From NCBI GenBank assembly GCA_050258935.1, contig JBLMZS010000048.1:1278-65277 (forward strand): a DNA stretch of 64,000 nucleotides, in the 5' to 3' direction. The notes under the pieces are model-generated. The model was not told where the DNA came from, made no database searches, and saw only the letters and a program-made list of their open reading frames with translations. The position numbers were made by a program, and so were the translations under genes. Source of the DNA: Bacteroidota bacterium (GTDB taxonomy: Bacteria; Bacteroidota; Ignavibacteria; Ignavibacteriales; SURF-24). This document shows positions 37,040-46,627 of the stretch, in pieces (the stretch's first letter is position 1; each line of letters starts with the position of its first letter).

Positions 37040-37618
37040 CTAAATTGATCTGTAAAGTCCGCGGCTGGTAATATAATCCGAAACCTTATCAGGTACCATG
37101 TCTTCCACAGTCCGTCCTTCTGATGCCAAAAGCCTTACTGCGGTCGAAGAAATGTTTATTACCGGCGTGTCGACAAATATTGCTGCATTGTAAAACCTGT
37201 CGTGCGGTATATCGCGCCTGTCGGTTTCGCGGCGCATTACGATGAGTTTTGCCAGTTGCAGAATCCTGTCGGGATCCTTCCATGTATAGAATTTTTCCAG
37301 ATTATCAAACCCGATAATCAGTTCCAGTTCACCAAATTCCTTTTTAAGTTCGGTCAGTGTATCGACCATATATGAAATTCCGCCCCGGAACAGTTCCAGT
37401 GTGGAGATCATAAAATCATCGCTGTCTTCTATTGCCAGCTGGAGCATATTCAGCCGGTCTTCGGGAAGTGATGTGCGGAATTCGGTCTTGTGCGGTGAAA
37501 TATGGCACGGCACAAACAGAATTTTATCTAAATGTCTTATCTCCTTGACTGCTGCTGCAGTAATCAGGTGTCCTGAATGCACCGGGTCAAATGTCCCGCC
37601 GAATACGCCTGTTTTCAT
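37040..37618 (-). CDS. nadD: Nicotinate-nucleotide adenylyltransferase
   Basis: GGTFDPVHSGH, SPHK, IIGFD, ISST.VR. Confidence 0.95.
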   Translation of the reverse strand: MKTGVFGGTFDPVHSGHLITAAAVKEIRHLDKILFVPCHISPHKTEFRTSLPEDRLNMLQLAIEDSDDFMISTLELFRGGISYMVDTLTELKKEFGELELIIGFDNLEKFYTWKDPDRILQLAKLIVMRRETDRRDIPHDRFYNAAIFVDTPVINISSTAVRLLASEGRTVEDMVPDKVSDYITSRGLYRSI

Positions 37619-37621
37619 ACT

Positions 37622-38317
37622 CTACAGCAGTTCCTTGTATTCGATGAAAAGATTAGTAAACTGTTCGTGAATCTCGTGGCTGCAGTATTCAATACTCTCT
37701 TTGGTAGACAGCAGCTTGTACAGTTCCCTGAAATCATCCAGCGTTTCGACTGTAAAAAAGCCGTCGAGAGCAAACAGATAATTATTCATTTTTCCGGCCA
37801 ATCTCAGAAAATCATCCCGGCCGGATGTGAACGGGTTGATCTCCTCAAAAAGCAGTGGATCGAAGTGGTTGATGCCGTAAAATGCCAGCTTATCCTGACT
37901 GGAAATTCCTGCTACAATATTGTTGTCATCGTTGTTCAGCAGATTGAACAGGGAATTGATCCTTGCGGGACTGATCCCTATGGAATGTGAAAAAAACACC
38001 AGCAGATTGGTGCCTTCCTGATTGATTATCTTTGATGAAACAGACGATAGCAGATTCCACTTCTCACCGTTCTCGTAGAATTTGCACCGGGCGCTCTGAG
38101 ATATACTCTCCGGCAGGAATTCCATATCCCTTGAATCAAATATGAAAGTAGTATCTATGCTGCCGTTAAACCTGGAGAGTACGTCAATATAGTTCGAATA
38201 GAGCGTGGAATACAGCAGTGCTGAGTCTTCCGGGGTGAAGTTCTCGAATACCGGTACTGAGTCTGTATTGTACACAGGCGTCGGAGGAACAATTATAACA
38301 TTATTTTTCGTTGCCAT
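37622..38317 (-). CDS. Hypothetical protein, possibly DUF2064/GT-A-like
   Basis: Adjacent to nadD (3-nt gap); weak resemblance only (VETLDDFREL). Confidence 0.45.
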   Translation of the reverse strand: MATKNNVIIVPPTPVYNTDSVPVFENFTPEDSALLYSTLYSNYIDVLSRFNGSIDTTFIFDSRDMEFLPESISQSARCKFYENGEKWNLLSSVSSKIINQEGTNLLVFFSHSIGISPARINSLFNLLNNDDNNIVAGISSQDKLAFYGINHFDPLLFEEINPFTSGRDDFLRLAGKMNNYLFALDGFFTVETLDDFRELYKLLSTKESIEYCSHEIHEQFTNLFIEYKELL

Positions 38318-38577
38318 TACTAAAATATCCGCTGATTTATCATCCGCATCATTGCAGCGGATTAGTTATTACTGAAATTCCGGCGGGTATTCGGTTACCA
38401 CAGACCGGAGTGAAAAACAGAATGAAATTACGAGTACACGAAATTATAAATAAGAAAACTAAAAGTAAAGGACTTACCGGCACTGACATAGAATGCGAAT
38501 GCAATAGTCCGCTGCATAACTGCCTTATATTTAATATACGGTTTTCCTCAAATTATGTTTCCATACTCTGACGTATT

Positions 38578-39807
38578 TCACCTGGGCCTGCTCGTTCCGG
38601 TCCCGTCTTTATTAGCCGGATTACCTCTGCGTCTGAAAATATTTCTGCCTCCCTGATCCAGTACCGCCGATGAAAATGCGACGGATGAAAACCATATAAC
38701 CACTATAACTGAAAACACCATTATCAGTATTATAGCAGTGTTTTCCCAGGCACTGGTCTGCGAGGAAGCCATCCGGATAAACATGACGGAAGGGGAGGTG
38801 AGAGGGAAGAAGCTCAGAATTTTTACCCAGAATGCATCCGGGGTTTCCGCAACCTTAAGAGATAAGACCATAGGCACTACTAACAGTATGCTAAGATATG
38901 CCGTAATGTGCTGTGCCTGCTGTTCAGTAGTGACTATGGAACCTACACCTACAAACAGCGAGGTAAACAGAAGATAGCCCAGAAGGAAATATACTATGGA
39001 CAGTCCGGCATTGGCAAATATTCCGACAGGCAGAATACCCTGTCCTGAAAGCACCCAGGCGATCATAATCCAGACCGACAGCTGAAAGAGTCCCAGAGCC
39101 GCAAGTCCTGCAATCTTGCCCGTCAGTATTTCACCCGGGCTGCAGCTCGAAAGCAGTATTTCAAGTATCCGGTTGGATTTTTCTTCTATCATGCTCCTTA
39201 CGAGCAGTCCTCCGGAGAACATTATGGTCATGAACAGCAGTATAACAAAGAACAGGGCAGCCATAAGCTGCATTATAGTTTTATCATCATCCAGCTCTGA
39301 AGGAAGTTCCGATATTCTGATACTGCTTACTGTACTCCCCGGGAGTCCGAGTCTTTCGAGTCTGCGTACAGTAATAACCCGGTTGACCGATGTCTCGAAA
39401 TTTCTGATGTCCTCTTTAAGAGCTGTAGTTCTGCCTTTGTAAACAAAGGACGAATTATCCAATAACAATATGCCCGCAAAATTTCCTTTCTTCAGATCTT
39501 TAACCGCGTTTGTCCAGGTCTGTGACGGATTTTCATCGATCGGCAAGTTAACCGGTATATACCTCGGCTGGCCGTCGGGCAGCCTGAAATTGTTCAGTTC
39601 TTTTGAAAGCGGCTGGACAAATGTGCCTGTCTTATCGATAATAGCTATTACAGAAGGTGAACTGCCGGAAGGCTGCGAGAGAATTGCGGGGATCACTGCA
39701 GAGGCCATTACAATAACAGGGAATATAAACATGTATATCAGGAAAGAACGGGTCTTTATTTTCTGAAGAAACTCAAAAGAAGCAACGGCAAGTATTCTGC
39801 TTTTCAT
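38578..39807 (-). CDS. ABC-2 exporter permease (NatB-like)
   Basis: EEKSNRILEILLSS..P.EIL.GKI; LSFFPLTSP; multiple TM segments. Confidence 0.88.
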   Translation of the reverse strand: MKSRILAVASFEFLQKIKTRSFLIYMFIFPVIVMASAVIPAILSQPSGSSPSVIAIIDKTGTFVQPLSKELNNFRLPDGQPRYIPVNLPIDENPSQTWTNAVKDLKKGNFAGILLLDNSSFVYKGRTTALKEDIRNFETSVNRVITVRRLERLGLPGSTVSSIRISELPSELDDDKTIMQLMAALFFVILLFMTIMFSGGLLVRSMIEEKSNRILEILLSSCSPGEILTGKIAGLAALGLFQLSVWIMIAWVLSGQGILPVGIFANAGLSIVYFLLGYLLFTSLFVGVGSIVTTEQQAQHITAYLSILLVVPMVLSLKVAETPDAFWVKILSFFPLTSPSVMFIRMASSQTSAWENTAIILIMVFSVIVVIWFSSVAFSSAVLDQGGRNIFRRRGNPANKDGTGTSRPR

Positions 39808-40772
39808 ATGTGCTGATCTCCCTGCGGCAGTGCGGTATTCTCTGCATTTTTTTTGTGCACTATGTCGATGAATATTTCGTTAAGTGCAGGAACATCCCTG
39901 CTGAATTCCCGGAGCTTTACTGTCTGTGCGAGTTCCTTTATTATTGTCTCAGGCGGATTGTTTTCTCCCGGTGAAATCCTGATGATATATTCACCTCCTG
40001 CAGTCTGTTTATCATCGCTCAGGATCTCATATGCGGTCTTCAGGTCATCCAGAACCGCGAAGCCATCTTCCGGCCTGCCTGCAATTCTGGCCCTGTAGCG
40101 CGGTGACATATAGTTTTGTCTGATATCTGCCAGATCTCCGCGCAGAAGCTGTTTTCCGCGGTCTATAAGCATAATATCGCTGCACAACTCTCCTGCAATG
40201 TCCATCTGGTGTGTAGACAGAATTATATGTTTCCCAGCCGCTCTGAGTTCTTCTATGAATCCCTGGACAAAGTGTCTGTTTACCGGGTCAAAACCGCTGA
40301 ACGGTTCATCAAGTATCAGTATTTCAGGGTTGTGGATTACAGCCGCTATAAACTGTATCTTCTGCTGGTTTCCCTTCGAAAGTTCATCGATCCTTTTGCT
40401 GCCGGTGCCGGCTGTCACCTGCAGCCTTTCGAAGAGCCTCTCGCTTTCTATCTGGAAATTCCGCTTCTCCATGCCTTTCAGCCGCGCAAAGTATGCGAGT
40501 ACATCACGGACGGTGCTTTTTTTATACAGGCCTCTTTCTTCGGGCAGATAACCGGTAATGCTGAAAAATTTCTTATCCGGCTTCAGACCTTTGTAAAGTA
40601 TATATCCCGAAGTGGGCTGGAGTATACCCAGAATTATGCGGAGCAGTGTAGTTTTTCCCGCTCCGTTTGGACCCAGAAGTCCCATAATCCTTCCGGGTTT
40701 TACGGTAAAACCGATATCCGAGGCGGCACAGTGTTTCTGATAATATTTGGTGACCGATCTGATTTCGAGCAT
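39804..40772 (-). CDS. ABC-2 exporter ATP-binding protein
   Basis: GPNGAGKTT, LSKGNQQK, ILDEPFSG, STH. Confidence 0.92.
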   Translation of the reverse strand: MLEIRSVTKYYQKHCAASDIGFTVKPGRIMGLLGPNGAGKTTLLRIILGILQPTSGYILYKGLKPDKKFFSITGYLPEERGLYKKSTVRDVLAYFARLKGMEKRNFQIESERLFERLQVTAGTGSKRIDELSKGNQQKIQFIAAVIHNPEILILDEPFSGFDPVNRHFVQGFIEELRAAGKHIILSTHQMDIAGELCSDIMLIDRGKQLLRGDLADIRQNYMSPRYRARIAGRPEDGFAVLDDLKTAYEILSDDKQTAGGEYIIRISPGENNPPETIIKELAQTVKLREFSRDVPALNEIFIDIVHKKNAENTALPQGDQHI

Positions 40773-41079
40773 AAGATAAAAAATATACGGTTAAAAATTA
40801 AAAATGAATATTTTTATGTAAAAATTCATTATTTTAGTACCTGTTTTTATCTGTTCTTTTTACCGGGCACAACGTAAATGTGTACGTGCAAGAATATTTA
40901 AAAACGATATAGTAAATTATGAAAAAAAAAGTTAAATTTATGTTTGTCTTTAAATATAATGAAGCAAATTAGGTTCTGCTGATATTGACTCTGAGGTTCG
41001 TTATATTTATATTAGCTTGCTTTTTAAAAAAGCTTTTGCAAGTTTGATGATTGTATGAATATTGACGATTGGCATTATT

Positions 41080-41580
41080 ATGATTATTAAAATTACGAAC
41101 TATGCCGAAGGGATTCACGAATTTGACTTTTCGGAGCCGGTCGAGAAGGTCGGTCTGGGAACACCGTTCTGCGGTGATTTGAAACTGAACGTCAGAATGG
41201 ACCGCTCGCATAGTCAGATAGTTTTTATGTGTGACGTTTTTGTGAATGCAGAGCTGAACTGTGACAGGTGTGCAAGGACTTTCAAAAGAGAATTTAAGAA
41301 CAGTTTTGTTATCACATACATAATCCAGAATAATCCGGCTGTGTCGGAGGATCTGAATGTGTATTACATATCACCGGAGACCGACAAGGTAAATCTGAAA
41401 GAGGATGTTCGCGAATATGTCCTGCTGGCGGTACCGATGAAGAATCTGTGTGAGGAAGACTGTAAGGGGCTTTGTCCCCGCTGCGGCAAGAACCTGAACG
41501 AAGAGGCCTGTGGATGTACTTCGGATGAGGTTAATCCGGTCTGGGCTGAACTTTTGAAGCTCAGGAAAATAGAAGATTAG
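41080..41580 (+). CDS. yceD: YceD/DUF177 family protein
   Basis: CDRC and LC..DCKGLCP.CG.NLN..C.C; lies upstream of rpmF. Confidence 0.9.
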   Translation: MIIKITNYAEGIHEFDFSEPVEKVGLGTPFCGDLKLNVRMDRSHSQIVFMCDVFVNAELNCDRCARTFKREFKNSFVITYIIQNNPAVSEDLNVYYISPETDKVNLKEDVREYVLLAVPMKNLCEEDCKGLCPRCGKNLNEEACGCTSDEVNPVWAELLKLRKIED

Positions 41581-41626
41581 AATTTAATCGAATAAACTAG
41601 AATAATAAATAAATAACGGGACAACA

Positions 41627-41806
41627 ATGCCAAATCCAAAACGTAAGTGGTCAAAAAGCAGAAGAGATAAAAGAAGAACACATTACAAAGCAGAGGCTCC
41701 GTCATTATCGACATGTGATAATTGTGGCGAACTGAAACTCAACCACAGAGCTTGCCCGAGCTGCGGTTATTATGCTAAACGCTCAATGTTCGTACCAAAA
41801 GGCTAA
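41627..41806 (+). CDS. rpmF: 50S ribosomal protein L32, zinc-ribbon form (absent from ORF track)
   Basis: Translated by hand: [59 protein letters not shown] (59 aa). Confidence 0.96.
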   Translation: MPNPKRKWSKSRRDKRRTHYKAEAPSLSTCDNCGELKLNHRACPSCGYYAKRSMFVPKG

Positions 41807-41820
41807 GAAAACTTATCTCT

Positions 41821-42849
41821 ATGGCACAATCCGGCCAAAGGTCTCGATGTAGAATAGTAGTCGACGCAATGGGGGGAGATTTTGCCCCTCAGAACGCCGT
41901 CGTCGGTGCTATTGATGCTCTTCGCGAGGACCCGTCGATAGAACTTCTTCTTGTCGGAAGGAAACAAGATATCCTGGATGTATTGGAAAAGAACCATCTG
42001 GAATTTGATGCGGGGAATATAATCCACGCTGATGAAGTGATATCTATGTCCGATTCGCCGACAATGCTCAAAACCAAAAAGGATTCCTCGATTGTCGTGG
42101 GTGTGAACCTGGTCAGGGACGGCCGTGCCGATGCGTTTGTTTCGGCTGGTAATACCGGTGCGGTTCATGCTGCTTCGACTCTTTTTATGGGACGGCTTGA
42201 AGGGGTCAGCCGCCCTACTATTGGCACATTTATGCCTTCTGAGGGAGGAGTATGTACAATATTCGATGCGGGCGCCAATGTGGATTCCAAGCCCCGTTTC
42301 CTTTTTGAGTACGCTGTTATGGGATCCATTTTTGTCAGGGAAATCTACGGCATTCAGAATCCTTCTGTCGGATTGTTGAATGTAGGTGAGGAGGATTCCA
42401 AAGGTCCCGATGTAATTAAAGAAACATTCGGGCTGCTGAAAAACTCGCAGCTTAATTTTATAGGCAACATTGAAGGCCGCGATATTCTCAAGGGCAGGGC
42501 AAATGTAGTGGTGTGCGACGGATTTGTTGGCAATATTATACTCAAATTCGGTGAAAGCATGCCGAAACTGCTGAAGGCTATGCTCAAGGAGTATGCCGGT
42601 AAGGGTATTCTGAATAAACTGAAGGTGGCCTTTGCCTACAGTGCCCTTAAGGAAGCTCTGAAGCCAATGGACTACCAGCTGCACGGCGGTGTGCCGCTGC
42701 TGGGGGTGAAAGGCATTAGTATTATAGGTCACGGTTCGAGTACTCCGCTGGCCATAAAGAATATGGTCTTCCGTGCCGCTGAAATGTACAATAAAGATCT
42801 AACCAATAAAATTGAAACATCAATAAGGCAATATGCAAGCAGCAAATAA
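41821..42849 (+). CDS. plsX: Phosphate acyltransferase PlsX
   Basis: DAMGGDFAP, SAGNTGA, DAGAN, NVGEE..KG, VVCDGFVGN, HGSS. Confidence 0.96.
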   Translation: MAQSGQRSRCRIVVDAMGGDFAPQNAVVGAIDALREDPSIELLLVGRKQDILDVLEKNHLEFDAGNIIHADEVISMSDSPTMLKTKKDSSIVVGVNLVRDGRADAFVSAGNTGAVHAASTLFMGRLEGVSRPTIGTFMPSEGGVCTIFDAGANVDSKPRFLFEYAVMGSIFVREIYGIQNPSVGLLNVGEEDSKGPDVIKETFGLLKNSQLNFIGNIEGRDILKGRANVVVCDGFVGNIILKFGESMPKLLKAMLKEYAGKGILNKLKVAFAYSALKEALKPMDYQLHGGVPLLGVKGISIIGHGSSTPLAIKNMVFRAAEMYNKDLTNKIETSIRQYASSK

Positions 42850-42856
42850 TATATAT

Positions 42857-43861
42857 ATGCAGGGAGAAAAAAAATACAGCGCAGTAATTACCGGTGTGGG
42901 AATGTATGTCCCCGAAACGGTAATGGATAATGCATACTTCGAAAAAATAGTCGATACATCTGATGAATGGATCACTGTCCGTACCGGTATCAAGGAACGC
43001 AGAAAACTTGAAAAGGGCGGTACGAGTGTGCTGGCCACAAAGGCTGTTGAAGATCTGATGAAAACTACCGGCCTTAAACCGGAAGAAATAGACATTATAA
43101 TTGTGGCAACGGTTACACCCGATATGTTTTTCCCTTCAACTGCCTGCCTGGTACAGGGGAATATCGGTGCTGTAAATGCATGGGGATTTGACATGAATGC
43201 CGCATGCTCCAGCTTCCTGTTCGCACTCAGAACTGCTGCCTCTTTCGTTGAAACCGGCAAGTATAAAAAAGTTGTGCTGGTTGGTGCGGATAAAATGACC
43301 GCCATTACTGATTATACAGACAGAAATACGTGCGTCCTTTTCGGTGACGCTGCTTCGGCAGTTCTGCTCGAACCCTCTGAAGATCTCTCTATCGGTCTTC
43401 AGGATACCATTCTCCATATTGACGGCTCCGGCAGAGAACATCTTTATATGAAGGGCGGCGGTAGCCTTAATCCCTCTACTCACGAAACTGTTGACAAGAA
43501 ACTTCATTATATATATCAGGACGGTAAGGCAGTATTCAAGGTTGCAGTAGTTTCAATGGCCGACGTATCCTATGAAATTATGCAGAAGAATAACCTGTGC
43601 GCAGAAGACGTGGCTTATCTCGTTCCTCATCAGGCCAATCTTAGAATTATTGACGCAACCGCCAAAAGAATGGGCGTTTCCACCGATAAAGTAATGATTA
43701 ATATTCACAAGTACGGTAACACTACTTCGGCAACAATTCCGCTCTGCCTAACCGAGTACTACCGTGCAGGAAAAATTAAAAAAGGAGATAAACTGATACT
43801 CGCGGCCTTCGGCGCCGGCTTTACATGGGGTTCAGGTTATCTCGTATGGGGCATGGACTGA
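42857..43861 (+). CDS. fabH: Beta-ketoacyl-ACP synthase III
   Basis: AACS, PHQANLRI, YGNTTSATIP, FGAGFTWG. Start moved to ATG 42857. Confidence 0.96.
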   Translation: MQGEKKYSAVITGVGMYVPETVMDNAYFEKIVDTSDEWITVRTGIKERRKLEKGGTSVLATKAVEDLMKTTGLKPEEIDIIIVATVTPDMFFPSTACLVQGNIGAVNAWGFDMNAACSSFLFALRTAASFVETGKYKKVVLVGADKMTAITDYTDRNTCVLFGDAASAVLLEPSEDLSIGLQDTILHIDGSGREHLYMKGGGSLNPSTHETVDKKLHYIYQDGKAVFKVAVVSMADVSYEIMQKNNLCAEDVAYLVPHQANLRIIDATAKRMGVSTDKVMINIHKYGNTTSATIPLCLTEYYRAGKIKKGDKLILAAFGAGFTWGSGYLVWGMD

Positions 43862-43862
43862 T

Positions 43863-44777
43863 ATGGGTAAAAAAGCTTTTGTATTCCCGGGACAGGGATC
43901 ACAGTACGTAGGAATGGCCAAAGAACTGTTCGACAGCTCGGCTGAAGCCAGACAGATGATTCAGCAGGCAGACGATGCTCTGGGTTACAGCCTCTCTGAT
44001 ATACTTTTTCAGGGACCTGAAGAACTGCTGAAACAGACAGAACACACTCAGCCGGCAATATTCCTGCACAGCGTGGTGCTCTCTACATTTATTAAAAATA
44101 TAAAACCCGATATGACTGCAGGTCATTCACTTGGCGAGTATTCTGCTTTAGTTGCTTCGGGAGCTGTTGACTTTCTGCCGGCACTTAAACTGGTCAGAAC
44201 CCGCGGCTGCGCCATGCAGAAGGCGGGTGAGATCGAAGCCGGTACAATGGCTGCGGTTATAGGACTGCAGGCAGAAAAAGTAGTTGAAGTATGTGCTCAG
44301 GCTACTGCTGAAGCTGGTATTGTTCAGTGCGCTAACTTTAATTCTCCCGGCCAGATAGTAATATCCGGAACCGTCGAGGGTGTGAAAAAAGCAATGGAAC
44401 TGGCAAAAGCCGGCGGAGCAAAGCTGGTTAAACAACTGGTTGTAAGCGGCGCGTTCCACAGCCCGCTCATGCAGCCTGCAGCAGAGAAACTGCAGGAGAA
44501 ACTTAACGAGACCGAATTCAGGGATATAACTGTACCGGTTTACGCAAACGTAACAGCAAAACCCGTTACCAGTGCTTCTGAAATAAAACACCTGCTCTTT
44601 GAACAGCTCGGTTCACCCGTAAGATGGGAAGAATCGGTCAGAAATATGGTCAATGACGGAGCAGATGAATTTTATGAAATAGGCCCCGGAAAAGTACTCC
44701 AGGGTCTTATCAAGAGGATCAGTCCTGACGTTAAATGTATCAGTATTGAAAAACTATCTGACATAGAAAACATATGA
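43863..44777 (+). CDS. fabD: Malonyl-CoA:ACP transacylase
   Basis: FPGQGSQ, GHSLGEY, SGAFHS, EIGPGKVL. Confidence 0.96.
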   Translation: MGKKAFVFPGQGSQYVGMAKELFDSSAEARQMIQQADDALGYSLSDILFQGPEELLKQTEHTQPAIFLHSVVLSTFIKNIKPDMTAGHSLGEYSALVASGAVDFLPALKLVRTRGCAMQKAGEIEAGTMAAVIGLQAEKVVEVCAQATAEAGIVQCANFNSPGQIVISGTVEGVKKAMELAKAGGAKLVKQLVVSGAFHSPLMQPAAEKLQEKLNETEFRDITVPVYANVTAKPVTSASEIKHLLFEQLGSPVRWEESVRNMVNDGADEFYEIGPGKVLQGLIKRISPDVKCISIEKLSDIENI

Positions 44778-45367
44778 TCGACATTAAAAGCCTGAAAATC
44801 GATCCGGTCGTATTCACGCACAGATTTGTCAAGGGATGCGATATCAGTATCTGCAGCGGGGAATGCTGCTATTATGGCGTCTATGCCGAGGTGTCTGAAA
44901 GAGACGACATACTGAAGATCAAAGACGAGATTAAGGCTATAATGGACGAATCACAGACCACTGATGACAGTCTGTGGTTTGAAGAACCGGTTGAGGATGA
45001 CGACTTTTCATCGGGTTACGCCGCCGGTACGGAATTGCACAACGGCAAGTGCGTGTTCCTCGACAAGCAGGGCTTCTGCACGCTTCAGAAGCTGGCTATG
45101 AAAAAGAACGAAAATAAATGGAAATATAAGCCGCTTTATTGTATATTATTTCCTCTGGTTATTTCTGAGGGCGAGCTTTCGGTAGATGACGATCATCTTA
45201 ACAGGATGCACTACTGCAACAAACCTGAAAATCAGCCGTCTAATGTTTTCGATGTTTGCCGTGACGAAATTCTGCATGTTTTTGGTCAGGAGGGTCTTGA
45301 TCACCTGATAAAAATGAAAGAAGAGATGCAGATAGATAATTCAAAATTAAAAATTCAAAATTCATAA
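44774..45367 (+). CDS. DUF3109-like cysteine-rich protein
   Basis: C...C.G.CC..G, CVFL, C.L, KP..C.LFP pattern. Confidence 0.75.
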   Translation: MIDIKSLKIDPVVFTHRFVKGCDISICSGECCYYGVYAEVSERDDILKIKDEIKAIMDESQTTDDSLWFEEPVEDDDFSSGYAAGTELHNGKCVFLDKQGFCTLQKLAMKKNENKWKYKPLYCILFPLVISEGELSVDDDHLNRMHYCNKPENQPSNVFDVCRDEILHVFGQEGLDHLIKMKEEMQIDNSKLKIQNS

Positions 45368-45380
45368 TTATTTTAATATT

Positions 45381-46121
45381 ATGCTTAAAGGAAAAAGAGC
45401 TTTAGTAACGGGGGGATCGAGGGGTATCGGCAAGTCAATAGTGCTTGAGCTTGCCTCTCAGGGCTGCGATGTTGTTTTTACATATCACAGCTCGCCTGAC
45501 AACGCAAAGGCAGTTGAACAGGAAGCTGCTCGGCTGGGAGTTAAGGCATTATGCTTTCAGGCAGATGCAGCTGATTTTGCCAAAGCTGAGGAAGCAGTCA
45601 AATTTACTATAGACAATCTGGGCGGAATCGATATACTGGTAAACAATGCCGGCATAACGAAGGACAACCTGCTTGTAAGAATGAGTGAACAGGATTTCGA
45701 TGCAGTGATCGCTGCCAACCTGAAGAGCGTTTTTAATTATACAAAAAATGCTGCCAAATCCATGATGACACAGCGCTATGGCAAAATTGTCAACATAGCT
45801 TCTGTCGTGGGTATAATCGGCAATCCGGGACAGGCAAATTATGTTGCTGCCAAAGCCGGAGTGATTGGAATGACTAAATCCAATGCGCTTGAACTGGCAT
45901 CGAGGAATATAACCGTGAACGCAGTTGCTCCGGGATTTATATCTACCGATATGACCGGTAAGCTGAACGACAAGCAGAAAGAAGCAATACTGACGGGTGT
46001 TCCTATGAAACGCGAAGGAAAACCGGAAGACGTTGCCAAAGTAGTGGCATTCATGTGCAGCCCGGCTTCTGATTACATAACCGGACAGGTGCTGAGCGTG
46101 GACGGCGGAATGGCAATGTGA
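45381..46121 (+). CDS. fabG: 3-oxoacyl-ACP reductase
   Basis: TGGSRGIG, NNAGITKD, NY.AAK, VAPGFI.TDMT, VDGGM. Confidence 0.96.
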   Translation: MLKGKRALVTGGSRGIGKSIVLELASQGCDVVFTYHSSPDNAKAVEQEAARLGVKALCFQADAADFAKAEEAVKFTIDNLGGIDILVNNAGITKDNLLVRMSEQDFDAVIAANLKSVFNYTKNAAKSMMTQRYGKIVNIASVVGIIGNPGQANYVAAKAGVIGMTKSNALELASRNITVNAVAPGFISTDMTGKLNDKQKEAILTGVPMKREGKPEDVAKVVAFMCSPASDYITGQVLSVDGGMAM

Positions 46122-46216
46122 TTTTTGAAAAGTTTTCACAGATATGAATTTATGTTATGTTTTATATAATGACTGATATGGGAAATTTCACAAAACAATA
46201 AACAAAAGGAGACAAA

Positions 46217-46453
46217 ATGGACGTTGAAGCAAAAGTAAAAGAAATCGTTATGGATAAACTCGGTGTCGAAGAATCACAGGTTACACCCGAAGCTTCTTTC
46301 ACTAACGATTTAGGTGCTGACTCTTTGGATATTGTAGAACTGGTAATGGGTTTTGAAAGCGCATTCGGAATTTCTATTCCCGATGAAGATGCTGAAAAAA
46401 TCGGAACTGTCGGTGATGCGGTATCTTACTTAAAGGATAAGGTTTCCGAATAA
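46217..46453 (+). CDS. acpP: Acyl carrier protein
   Basis: DLGADSLD; AGGAG ribosome-binding site. Confidence 0.97.
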   Translation: MDVEAKVKEIVMDKLGVEESQVTPEASFTNDLGADSLDIVELVMGFESAFGISIPDEDAEKIGTVGDAVSYLKDKVSE

Positions 46454-46627
46454 TCCTACGCATGTTTTCTTTGGCGGAAGCTGGCTTCCGCCACGTAGTA
46501 TATAATGCAGCTGGATTATAGTGCCGTTATTTTGATAATAGTTTGAATGTTTCACTGATATCCGGCTTCTCCGGCAGATAATGCGGAGAACCGCAAAGTT
46601 AAAAATTAATTTCAGGAGAGTATATAT

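Noticed and set aside
38311-38571. 86-aa plus-strand ORF between minus-strand genes
   Set aside because: No motif or ribosome-binding site; probably the promoter region of the downstream minus-strand genes.
40773-41079. Very AT-rich stretch as origin or foreign DNA
   Set aside because: It is the divergent promoter region between the ABC exporter and the yceD-rpmF operon; no DnaA-box cluster or mobility gene seen.
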